DNA of 32,000 nucleotides from Oscillospiraceae bacterium (GTDB taxonomy: Bacteria > Bacillota > Clostridia > Oscillospirales > Oscillospiraceae), in contig JAFXPO010000009.1 in the NCBI GenBank assembly GCA_017527825.1, forward strand, positions 38,738 to 70,737. The letters are read 5' to 3'. The position numbers and the translations under genes were made by a program. The notes below the pieces were generated by a model. That model was given only the letters and a program-made list of their open reading frames with translations. It made no database searches and was not told where the DNA came from. How positions within the stretch are numbered: the first letter of the stretch is position 1; every line of letters begins with the position of its first letter. Positions 17,434 through 24,821 of the stretch are shown piece by piece.

Positions 17434-17705
17434 TACCCGTCCCTCCCCGGCGAGATCACCGTCTCGCGCAGGGCGTCGAGCACCTCGAGCACAGCGGCCC
17501 CGTTGTCAGCGTTCCGTACGGCGTCAAGCTTGTCGCAAAGCTCATAGAAGGCATCGGGAGGGATGGCGCGGGGCTCGTAGCCGAGACAGCGTTGACGGGC
17601 GTATTCGGAGAGTTCCAGACCGCATCTCTTGGCGAAGCGGAGGACTCTCTCTTTTTCGGCAGGTGTCACACGGAGCGCGATCCGCGCGGTCTTGTTATCA
17701 TTCAT
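17433..17705 (-). CDS. mobC: MobC-family relaxosome accessory protein
   Basis: MNDNKTARIALRVTPAEKERVLRFAKRCGLELSEYARQRCLG. TAATG overlap with the relaxase start. ATG at 17705; the track's upstream extension crosses hairpins and is rejected. Confidence 0.8.
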   Translation of the reverse strand: MNDNKTARIALRVTPAEKERVLRFAKRCGLELSEYARQRCLGYEPRAIPPDAFYELCDKLDAVRNADNGAAVLEVLDALRETVISPGRDG

Positions 17706-17737
17706 TATAAATTTCAACCTCTCTTTCATGCAGGGGA

Positions 17738-17985
17738 TTGGGGGCGCAGCCCCCAAAGAACGAGCCGCCCATCGGCGGCTCTGAACCGGAGTTTGTCGAA
17801 CAAACTCCCTGCTGGTTATTCTCTTAGACACCACCCCTATAGGGCGTGGATGGTTCAGTCGGGCGGTGTCGCGGGCGTTTCTTCAATGGTCGGATAGTTC
17901 GGAGCGTTCTCCTTTTCTGATGGCACCTGCACGGTGCCATCAGCGGGGGAGGCATCAGGGAAAGGCACCGTGGCGGTGCCATCAG
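17738..17985 (-). other. hairpin and repeat cluster; candidate oriT and/or centromere-like site
   Basis: Three consecutive perfect hairpins: TGGGGGC-gca-GCCCCCA (17739-17755), GAGCCGCC-catc-GGCGGCTC (17762-17781), GGAGTTTGT-cga-ACAAACTCC (17788-17808). Imperfect 19-bp palindrome at 17831-17849. CTGATGGCACC-tgcac-GGTGCCATCAG at 17917-17943, with GGTGCCATCAG repeated at 17975-17985. Located directly upstream of mobC-relaxase. Confidence 0.35.
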
Positions 17986-18305
17986 AAGAATTCGTCGAGC
18001 GCAGCCAGCGCCGCCGCCTGATTCGCCTCCTGCTCCTCCGGCGTCAACTCGGTCAAGCCGTCGGCGCTTGCTTCGACCAGCTGAGAAACGGTACGTGGAA
18101 GGCTTTGCAACTCATCGCGGATGACTTGCCGGAGCATTTCAACCAAACCTGCGGCATCTACGCCGCCGTTCATGCGGGCGGCAATCGCCTCGATGACGAA
18201 GCGGTTGCGGGAGCCGCGCTTCATGCCGCGCAAAAATTCGGCGGCCTGCCGTTCCACTTCGTTTCTTGTGTCAAAGCGGACGTTGAATCGGTAGTCGGTC
18301 ATCAT
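17982..18305 (-). CDS. ribbon-helix-helix-like small protein, candidate ParR-type adaptor
   Basis: YRFNVRFDTRNEVERQAAEFLRGMKRGSRNRFVIEAIAARM fits a strand-helix-helix pattern. ATGATGA overlap with the parM stop. No family recognised by sequence. Confidence 0.5.
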   Translation of the reverse strand: MMTDYRFNVRFDTRNEVERQAAEFLRGMKRGSRNRFVIEAIAARMNGGVDAAGLVEMLRQVIRDELQSLPRTVSQLVEASADGLTELTPEEQEANQAAALAALDEFF

Positions 18306-19222
18306 GCTTTCCCCGCCTTGATCTGAAGCTCCGCTAGATACTCATAGCCCTTGGCGGCGGCGCAGATGTCGTCCACGAACTTTACGCGCTCGGTGTTGAA
18401 GCTGTAGAAGTGCTTCACGAGGCAGCCGCCTCCGCCCGTGATGTAGAGCGTCATGGTGCCCTCGTCGTACCCGTGATCCCGCAGCCGATGGAAGATTTCT
18501 TCCACATACCCGGAAGCGGCATCACAGATGATGGCGAGATCGCTTTCCCGGATGTTTGCCGTACCAGTGCGGAACACCTCTTCGATGATGGCGTCGTTCA
18601 GCTCACGCTGCGTCCGACGCATGAACGCCTCGCGCACGGCGAGCGTACACTGGTGGACGCCGAACTTCTCCGTGAACATCTTCCCGGACTGAGGCTTGCC
18701 GTTCACAAGGTATAGCACATTCATCGTACCGTTGCCGATGTCCGCGACGAGATTCAGCCCCCTGAGCTTCGTCGCAAAGGGCGCGACGGCGGCGTATCCC
18801 TGCGGATAGACCTTCACGCCGGCGATGTGGATGTGATAGTCCTGTTTTCTGTAGGTGAAGCGAACATCCTCGTTCCGGCTGAGGTACTTGGCGAATTTGT
18901 CCTTCTGCCCGGATGTCCAGGTCAGCGGCAGACCGACGGCAAGGAAAACGTTTGCCTCCGTCAGATGCGCGTCCGCCAGCTCACAGGCGATAGCGGCGAA
19001 CGTCAGAAGATAGTAGTCGTCGTCCATGACCTTATCCGGCAGGAACTCCTTGTGCCCTTCACCGATGAGGTAGTAGCGTCCCTCATAGACCAGCATATCG
19101 CCGGTGAAGAGCGGTTCGGTGTCGGAGCCGATGATGCCGGTCGGGAAGCAGTGGTTTGCGGTTTTGATGTTGCCATAGCCCTGGTCCACGGCAATGATCT
19201 TGATTCCGTTCATGTCTTTCAT
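18302..19222 (-). CDS. parM: ParM/StbA-family actin-like segregation ATPase
   Basis: IIAVDQGYGNIKT (phosphate 1), LVADIGNGTMNV (phosphate 2), TLYITGGGG (adenosine motif). 306 aa. Confidence 0.85.
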   Translation of the reverse strand: MKDMNGIKIIAVDQGYGNIKTANHCFPTGIIGSDTEPLFTGDMLVYEGRYYLIGEGHKEFLPDKVMDDDYYLLTFAAIACELADAHLTEANVFLAVGLPLTWTSGQKDKFAKYLSRNEDVRFTYRKQDYHIHIAGVKVYPQGYAAVAPFATKLRGLNLVADIGNGTMNVLYLVNGKPQSGKMFTEKFGVHQCTLAVREAFMRRTQRELNDAIIEEVFRTGTANIRESDLAIICDAASGYVEEIFHRLRDHGYDEGTMTLYITGGGGCLVKHFYSFNTERVKFVDDICAAAKGYEYLAELQIKAGKA

Positions 19223-19224
19223 AA

Positions 19225-19458
19225 TCAGTGATCCTCCTTATTTTGCTTGATGATTTCGTTGTACAGCTCTTTTTCAGCTGGTAACACCCTGTCGCGGAAA
19301 TACCGGCAGTAGATGCCTCTGGAGCAAATGAGCTGTACGCAGGTTTGCGCTTCGCCGTCGTCGAGCAACAGGCAGTTCCCATCCGAGCAGTTGCAGCAGC
19401 CGCTTCGCACGAGCTGTCGGACGGGCTCCACCTGAGCCTCTGTAATCTTCCATCTCAT
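19225..19458 (-). CDS. cysteine-rich VLP-type small protein
   Basis: MRWKITEAQVEPVRQLVRSGCCNCSDGNCLLLDDGEAQTCVQLICSRGIYCRYF. ATG at 19458 follows GGGAGG. Family is common in clostridial mobile elements. Confidence 0.7.
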   Translation of the reverse strand: MRWKITEAQVEPVRQLVRSGCCNCSDGNCLLLDDGEAQTCVQLICSRGIYCRYFRDRVLPAEKELYNEIIKQNKEDH

Positions 19459-19473
19459 AGGCAGACCTCCCTT

Positions 19474-19561
19474 CGTGATTTCGGGCAGCAAAAGAGCCGC
19501 TGGGTATGTTCACCCGGCGGCTTTTCACTGCCTTCTACTCTCTTAATACGTCGAAATCACG
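19474..19561 (-). promoter_or_regulatory. leader element: intrinsic-terminator-like hairpin bracketed by a 10-nt inverted repeat
   Basis: Minus strand: GTGATTTCG...AAAAGCCGCCGGGT-gaacat-ACCCAGCGGCTCTTTTG...CGAAATCAC, then GAAGGGAGG (RBS) and ATG 19458. Bracket copies at 19552-19561 and 19474-19483. Confidence 0.45.
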
Positions 19562-19717
19562 ATTTTCAATGGAATCGCGCAACATGGTTAAATCCAAAAG
19601 CGCAACAACGAGAAATCGTTGATAATAAGGCGCTTCTATGATATAGTTGGGTTTGATAATCAATATCGCATCGAAAAATCACGCAAATTTTTCAAAATTT
19701 CTTTACAGTCCGGATTA

Positions 19718-19726
19718 TGGTACAAT
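19718..19726 (+). promoter_or_regulatory. extended -10 promoter element for the DUF6076-like/sigma operon
   Basis: TGgTACAAT about 27 nt upstream of ATG 19753. No good -35: TTTACA at 19702 is only 13 nt away. Confidence 0.4.
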
Positions 19727-19752
19727 GGATTTGAGAGAATGGAGGCTGGGCA

Positions 19753-20887
19753 TATGGCAATGATGTTCTCGGAGGGCATCTTCACAGCGGATTACCGCGA
19801 CGGCTGCGTCTATCTCGGCGGTAAGAAGTATCCCGCCGGGTACTTCGTCCTGCAATTTCTGAACCAATACTACGTCAACGACACGGCGGCTCGGATCGCC
19901 GTATTCTGCGACGAGATAACCTACAACATCCGGCGTCAGCTCCGCTGTGGGTATCTGAACATTGAGGAATATGAAAAGACTGGGCGCAACACGCTAGAAA
20001 GCCTGAAGGCGCTTCCTTGGCTTCGCCCGTTTGATACGCTCGACGTGGACGCAATGCGGAGACAGGTCACGGAGCTGTTCTCAGGGGAAAACGGCGAGCG
20101 CATCTGCGAATACTTCCGCAGCCGGGGCAAAATCAGCACGTTCGACCAAAACGAGGTGGGTGTCGGCACGGCGAGCCGGCGCTGCGATATGGCGTACATT
20201 GAGGAGATGGAGACGCTGCTCGCGGAGGTCAACGCCATCCTTGCCTTTTTCGATACGCTGAGCGAGGACATGTCGAACGCGATGAAGAATATCCGGGCAT
20301 TCATTTCTCGGCTGGACGAGGCGGAGCGGCTCGACGAAAAGCATCTGCTGCCCATCGCGCTGGATGTGTTCGGCTCGGTGCCGTTCCCGCTGACGGAGGA
20401 GTACGTCGGGCTGAAAAAGAACAAGCGCAGTAACGAGGCGACGGTGGCGCGACGGCTCCGCTTCGACCGTTATTACAGCTTTCTCCTGACGGATTTCTTT
20501 GAGGGGCTGCACCACGGGCACTATCCGCGCCGCTGCCCGGTCTGCAAGAGCTATTTCCTGATGCAGAGTGCGCGGCGGACAATCTACTGCTCTGGGATGT
20601 CGCCCTACGAGGCGCGTGGAAAGCGCCTGACCTGTCGTGCTTACGCCGCTTACGTCCACCGCAAGGAGCTGGCGGAGGGCGATCCGGTCACGGACATCTA
20701 CAATCGCCGGTGCAGCGTGATCCGCGCGGAGCTCAGCCGGGACACGATCACGCCGGAGTTTGCGGCGAAGGCCAAGGCGCTGGCGCTGGAGCACAAGCAG
20801 CGGGCACAGTTTGACCACGAATACGCGGTCACGCAGTACGAAAAGGATATGGAGCGTGAAAAGCTCTACCACGACGCAGAACACTGA
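19753..20887 (+). CDS. DUF6076-like Zn-ribbon protein (element-borne copy)
   Basis: RRCPVCKSYFLMQSARRTIYCSG...RLTCRAYAAYVHRKE (CxxC...C...C), similar in architecture to 5488-6546. Start ATG 19753 is 8 nt after GGAGG; ATG 19738 is also possible. The track's 19619 start is rejected. Confidence 0.65.
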
Positions 20888-20903
20888 GGAAGGGGCGACG
20901 GCG

Positions 20904-21743
20904 GTGCCGGAGCAAAGCACTTACAAACTGTATCAGCTCGATCCGGCACCGGAGAAGCGGACGCCGCAGGAGTGCATCGAGCGGTATCTGGAAACCGGAG
21001 ATGCGACGTTTTTCGCGCAGTTCCTGCACTGGCATGAGCCGGCGATCAATGCGAAAGCAAAGGAATTTGCCCAGAAGTACGCCGTACAGGGGCACTTTTC
21101 GGACTTGAAGCAAGCCTGTGTGCAGGGCTTGTTGGAGGCGCTGGACGGTTACGAAAAAGAAAAAGGCCCGTTTGTCCCATACGCGGAGCGTACAGTCGAA
21201 CGAGCCATGCATGATTGTATCCGCACGATGCGGACAGGGTTTTCGGTGCCAAACGATACGGAGTATTACCTGCTGAGAAAAGCGATGCGGCTGTTTGCGG
21301 AATACGGTGAGAAGACGGACGACGAGACCATTGCCGCGATTGCCGCTGCCATCCACCGCGAGCCGAAGACGGCGTTGGAGATGATCCGGAGCGGGATGCA
21401 GAATATGCGCGTCCTTGAACTCGACCGCGAAACCGGCGACGAGGACGACGAGCCGATGGAGATCGGCAGCCTGATCGACGAGCCGAGCGCGCTGTTCTTT
21501 CAGGCGTATCAGATGGACGCGCTGTATGATGCGTTCCAGAAGCTCGACTACAAGGAACGTGAAATGCTGGCACGGCACTATGGCTTCTGCCCGGAATGCT
21601 TCAGCGTCACGGACAAGGACGGCAGGTCGCTCCCGAAGGAGACCTATGAGGACATCATGCTGGACTTTGGGCTTTCTTCGCCGGACACGGTGGAGAAAAC
21701 GTGCAAGCGGGCGCTGGAGAAGATACGGAAAGTGATTCAATAA
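20904..21743 (+). CDS. sigma-70 family RNA polymerase sigma factor (divergent, element-encoded)
   Basis: Region-2-like FFAQFLHWHEPAINAKAKEF...ACVQGLLEAL and region-4 HTH ETYEDIMLDFGLSSPDTVEKTCKRALEKIRK. GTG at 20904 follows GAGGAAGGGG, 17 nt after the upstream stop. Confidence 0.8.
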   Translation: MPEQSTYKLYQLDPAPEKRTPQECIERYLETGDATFFAQFLHWHEPAINAKAKEFAQKYAVQGHFSDLKQACVQGLLEALDGYEKEKGPFVPYAERTVERAMHDCIRTMRTGFSVPNDTEYYLLRKAMRLFAEYGEKTDDETIAAIAAAIHREPKTALEMIRSGMQNMRVLELDRETGDEDDEPMEIGSLIDEPSALFFQAYQMDALYDAFQKLDYKEREMLARHYGFCPECFSVTDKDGRSLPKETYEDIMLDFGLSSPDTVEKTCKRALEKIRKVIQ

Positions 21744-21749
21744 AACAGC

Positions 21750-21796
21750 AAAGCGGGCTTGGGGCGATCAATCAAAGCACCCAAGCCCGCTTTTTA
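21750..21796. terminator. bidirectional rho-independent terminator
   Basis: AAAGCGGGCTTGGG-16 nt-CCCAAGCCCGCTTTTT between convergent sigma and XRE genes. Confidence 0.8.
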
Positions 21797-21797
21797 C

Positions 21798-22037
21798 TTA
21801 TGGTTCCAAATTACTTTCCTCAAACAATGGAGAATTGAAGAAATCGCTGATGTTGATTTCAAAGCCTTGACACATCTCGTGAATGATACGCAGCTTGACG
21901 GAATCATAGGAACAGTTGATGACATTGCCGATGGTTGACTTGGGAACGCCGCTTTTCATGTATAGCTGGTATTGCGTCATGCCCCGCTCGCTCAAAAGCT
22001 CGCTTAGTCGCGCGCTGATCGCCTCGTTCAACTGCAT
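21798..22037 (-). CDS. XRE-family HTH transcriptional regulator
   Basis: ISARLSELLSERGMTQYQLYMKSGVPKSTIGNVIN is a classic Cro/C1-type HTH. 79 aa. Confidence 0.85.
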   Translation of the reverse strand: MQLNEAISARLSELLSERGMTQYQLYMKSGVPKSTIGNVINCSYDSVKLRIIHEMCQGFEINISDFFNSPLFEESNLEP

Positions 22038-22053
22038 TTCATCACCACTCGTT

Positions 22054-22112
22054 CCTGTAGCTGTACCATAATTATAGGTGAGTGCTTAGAAAATTAGTCC
22101 CTGTAGCTGTAC
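22054..22112. repeat. two perfect 13-bp direct repeats in the divergent XRE/SLOG control region (candidate operators)
   Basis: CCTGTAGCTGTAC at 22054-22066 and 22100-22112. A minus-strand TATAAT (22076-22071) lies between them. Confidence 0.5.
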
Positions 22113-22158
22113 TAATCCTGATTTTTGTGATAGTCTGGCTACGGGAGGTGAGAGCAGC

Positions 22159-22476
22159 ATGATCTGCTTCTTCATTGGGCACCGTAATGCTCCTGAGGCA
22201 CTGCGCACGCTATTGGAAAAAGCGGTGGAACGGCATATTACCGAGTGCGAAGTGACTGAGTTTGTTGTCGGGCACTATGGACGTTTTGACTATATGGCGG
22301 CAGGTGCTGTCAGGGCGGCAAAAAAGCGCCACCCGGAGGTAACGCTTACGTTGCTTCTGCCGTATTATCCGTTTTTGCATGATACATCCGATTATGACCG
22401 GACCTATTATCCGGAAGGTTTGGAAACCGTGCCGAAGCCCTATGCCATCATTCGAGCGAATCAGTATATGGTACGG
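22159..22476 (+). pseudogene. SLOG/DUF1273 (YpsA-like) family gene, 5' fragment, interrupted by IS21-family element
   Basis: MICFFIGHRNAPE...VVGHYGRFDYMAAGAV...PKPYAIIRANQYMVR, then reads into the IS terminal repeat (C, stop). Confidence 0.7.
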
Positions 22477-22666
22477 TGTTAGCGTCCAACGATAACCGCC
22501 AAAAAGAGTCCATCAGAAATCACCAATATGAGGCCAAATGAGAAAGCCATTTCCTCCAGCTTTCAAATCCTCTATACTGGGTAAAAGCCAACAACTCAGC
22601 AAAGGAGGACTATGAAAACATGCGAAAATGGCTTTGAGCCCAGTATAGCACAAGCCCATCGAGGAA

Positions 22667-23932
22667 ATGAAAGCGGAACAGGGGAAAAACTTTTCCCTGG
22701 AGCGGATCAATCTGGCCGAGTTGGAGCGGCGCACGGGCGTTTCCCGCGCAAGGCTCAGAAGACTGAAGGCAAACAACTACCAAGTCAAGCCTCACGCTTC
22801 CAAGGGCAAACGCCCCAAGGCAACCGTCCTGAGCGGCTATTCCGCTGTCTTGGATGCCCTGCTGACACAGGGGATAGCGAATTCATCCGTACTTCTCCAG
22901 CGGTTGCAGGCAGAGGGTTATACCGGAAGCCTGACGACGGTGAAGCGGTATATCCAGAGCCACCGCTCACTTATCCCTGCAAAACGTCAGCTCGTCGCGC
23001 CGCAAGGCAGCCGCGGAAGCAGATACACTACGGCGCCCGGAGAAACTTACCAGATGGACTGGGGCTTTACAAAGGTGGCAGATTACACCGGGAACGAATT
23101 TCAGGCAGCTTGCTTTGCCGTGATCTGCCACCACTGCGGACAGCGGTATATTGAGTTCTTTCCCAACGCCAAGCAGGAAAATCTCTTCATCGGGATGATC
23201 CACGCGTTTCGCTACATGGGTGTGCCTCGGTATGTCCTGACGGACAACATGAAGAGCGTGGTGATTCGGAGAGACTTTTCCGGTTTCCCAATCTGGCAGA
23301 AAGACTATGAGGCTTTTATGGGTACGGTGGGCTTCCAAACGAAGCTCTGCAAACCCAGGCATCCGTTTACCAAAGGAAAAGTGGAGCGGCTCGTCCGCTT
23401 CGTGAAGGAAAACTTCCTCGCCGACCGGGCATTCTGGAACGTGACGGATTTGAACCGCGCCGCGCTGGAATGGTGCAACAGGCAGAATACAGTCTACCAC
23501 CGTGCATTAGGCTTCGTTCCGCAGGAACTGCATCTTACGAACTGCGCCGCCAGCCTCTCACAGCTGGAGGACAGCCTTTCCCTGCGGTTCTATCTCGCCC
23601 CAGAGCGGAAGATCTCGTTCGATGGTTTTATCAATTACGAGGGGCGGCGTTTTGGCGTACCATACAGCTACCGAGGTAGCACCGCCCGTATCGCGCGGGA
23701 AGACGATATGATCTACATCTACTCGGCCGATGCGCGGGATCTGCTTGCCACCTACGAGGTAACATGGTCCAAGCGGGACCGTTTCTGCAAGGACCAGTAT
23801 CTGGATGTACGCCAGCCCGAGGAGTTTCCCACGGCGCCTGTCCGAACCACCATGACCATGCTGGAGGAACCCAAGCAAGACCTGACCTTTGACAAGTTTG
23901 ACTTCGACAAGGGGGTGGTCTGGGATGAATGA
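22667..23932 (+). CDS. istA: IS21-family transposase IstA
   Basis: HTH INLAELERRTGVSRARLRRL. DDE region YQMDWGF...VLTDNMKSVV...RHPFTKGKVERLV. 421 aa. Confidence 0.92.
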   Translation: MKAEQGKNFSLERINLAELERRTGVSRARLRRLKANNYQVKPHASKGKRPKATVLSGYSAVLDALLTQGIANSSVLLQRLQAEGYTGSLTTVKRYIQSHRSLIPAKRQLVAPQGSRGSRYTTAPGETYQMDWGFTKVADYTGNEFQAACFAVICHHCGQRYIEFFPNAKQENLFIGMIHAFRYMGVPRYVLTDNMKSVVIRRDFSGFPIWQKDYEAFMGTVGFQTKLCKPRHPFTKGKVERLVRFVKENFLADRAFWNVTDLNRAALEWCNRQNTVYHRALGFVPQELHLTNCAASLSQLEDSLSLRFYLAPERKISFDGFINYEGRRFGVPYSYRGSTARIAREDDMIYIYSADARDLLATYEVTWSKRDRFCKDQYLDVRQPEEFPTAPVRTTMTMLEEPKQDLTFDKFDFDKGVVWDE

Positions 23933-24116
23933 GCCCGTATTTGAACGTGTGGAGCGGTGTAGCGATATCCTCAAGCTGGATTTTTCCTCTGCCGAGTTGG
24001 CACATCTTGCCGAGGAGCATGAACTCTCACCCGAGGCTGTGGATGCGATTGCATTGGTTTTTGAGATCTCTCCGCCAAGAAAACGGAGACGACGATCCAG
24101 ACAATCCTCAAGATGA
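23925..24116 (+). pseudogene. istB: IstB N-terminal segment, in a different reading frame from the ATPase core
   Basis: MNEPVFERVERCSDILKLDFSSAELAHLAEEHELSPEAVDAIALVFE resembles the helical IstB N-terminus. ATG overlaps the istA stop (ATGAATGA). The frame ends at TGA 24114-24116, while the core continues in the -1 frame. Confidence 0.55.
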
Positions 24117-24724
24117 GCAGGCTGCCGCTGAAAGATCCGAAGACCTTTGAGACCTTTGATTTCTCTGTGATAAAGGGGAAAGATGTGGAGCGGCTCAAGG
24201 CGCTGCCATCCCTGTCCGCCATCTACGCGCATAAAAATCTTGCCTTCATCGGGCCTGCCGGTACCGGGAAAACGCATCTTGCGCAGGCTTTCGGCTTTGA
24301 ATGCTGCAAGCATGGCATGAAGACGTACTTCATAAAAATGTCCGAGTTGCGAGACAAGTTTACCGCCGCCAGGCGAACCGGCAAGGAGGCGTCCGCTCTG
24401 ACCAGCCTCGTCAGGCCGTCCTGCCTGATTATTGACGAGGTGGGACACTGCGAGTTTGACAAGGCGAATACGCGGCTGTTCTTTGACCTCATTGACCGCC
24501 GGTACAACAAGGAAGGCCCATACAACACCATCTTCACCAGCAACAAGAACCCTGCGCTCTGGCGGAGCAACTTTAACGAGGACGATGCGCTGCTTTGCGC
24601 TCTGGACCGTATTTTTGACGACGCGACCGTGTTTAAGATCCGTGGCGAGAGCTTCCGTGGAAAGAAGTTGGAGACGGTGGCGCTGCAAACCGGCAGAGTA
24701 AAGACAAATGAACCAAGCGAATAA
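24113..24724 (+). CDS. istB: IS21-family helper ATPase IstB (AAA+ core)
   Basis: KTFETFDFS, Walker A FIGPAGTGKTHLA, Walker B CLIIDEVG, IFTSNKNP. The frame is open upstream to 24065 (DLSAKKTETTIQTILK). Confidence 0.88.
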   Translation: MSRLPLKDPKTFETFDFSVIKGKDVERLKALPSLSAIYAHKNLAFIGPAGTGKTHLAQAFGFECCKHGMKTYFIKMSELRDKFTAARRTGKEASALTSLVRPSCLIIDEVGHCEFDKANTRLFFDLIDRRYNKEGPYNTIFTSNKNPALWRSNFNEDDALLCALDRIFDDATVFKIRGESFRGKKLETVALQTGRVKTNEPSE

Positions 24725-24821
24725 TTGAAAACACGTTGGCTGGGTTGTTGGCTTTTTTAAATGGCCTCCGATTGGTTGTTTTCGCTGGACTTTTTGCGGC
24801 GATTATTGCCGGACGCTAACA

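Larger units (their letters stand above)
22477..24821 (+). mobile_element. IS21-family insertion sequence (2345 bp) with TIRs and 4-bp target duplication
   Basis: Left end TGTTAGCGTCCAACGATAACCGCC (22477-22500). Reverse complement of the right end (24798-24821) is TGTTAGCGTCCGGCAATAATCGCC, 20/24 identical with the first 11 perfect. ACGG is duplicated at 22473-22476 and 24822-24825. Subterminal AAAAGCCAACAAC(T/C)CAGC repeats sit at both ends in inverted orientation. Carries istA and istB. Confidence 0.9.

Noticed and set aside
15919-17547. 542-aa plus-strand ORF, and the 13829-15196 plus-strand ORF
   Set aside because: Antisense to the relaxase-ParB gene and to the integrase gene respectively. 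No recognisable motifs. The opposite-strand products are unambiguous.
17706-17834. Upstream extension of mobC (MVSKRITSREF...)
   Set aside because: It runs through the three GC-rich hairpins. The conserved MobC sequence begins at MNDNKTARIALRV (ATG 17705).
20081-21740. Minus-strand ORFs 20081-20920 and 20829-21740
   Set aside because: Antisense to the DUF6076-like and sigma factor genes; Arg-rich low-complexity translations.
22612-23154. 180-aa ORF starting at an ATG 3 nt after AGGAGG inside the IS left end
   Set aside because: It is off-frame relative to istA, and the translation is P/R/G-rich without features. IstA with its HTH starts at 22667. A short upstream leader peptide cannot be excluded.
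23558-24688. 376-aa minus-strand ORF inside the IS
   Set aside because: Antisense to istA and istB.
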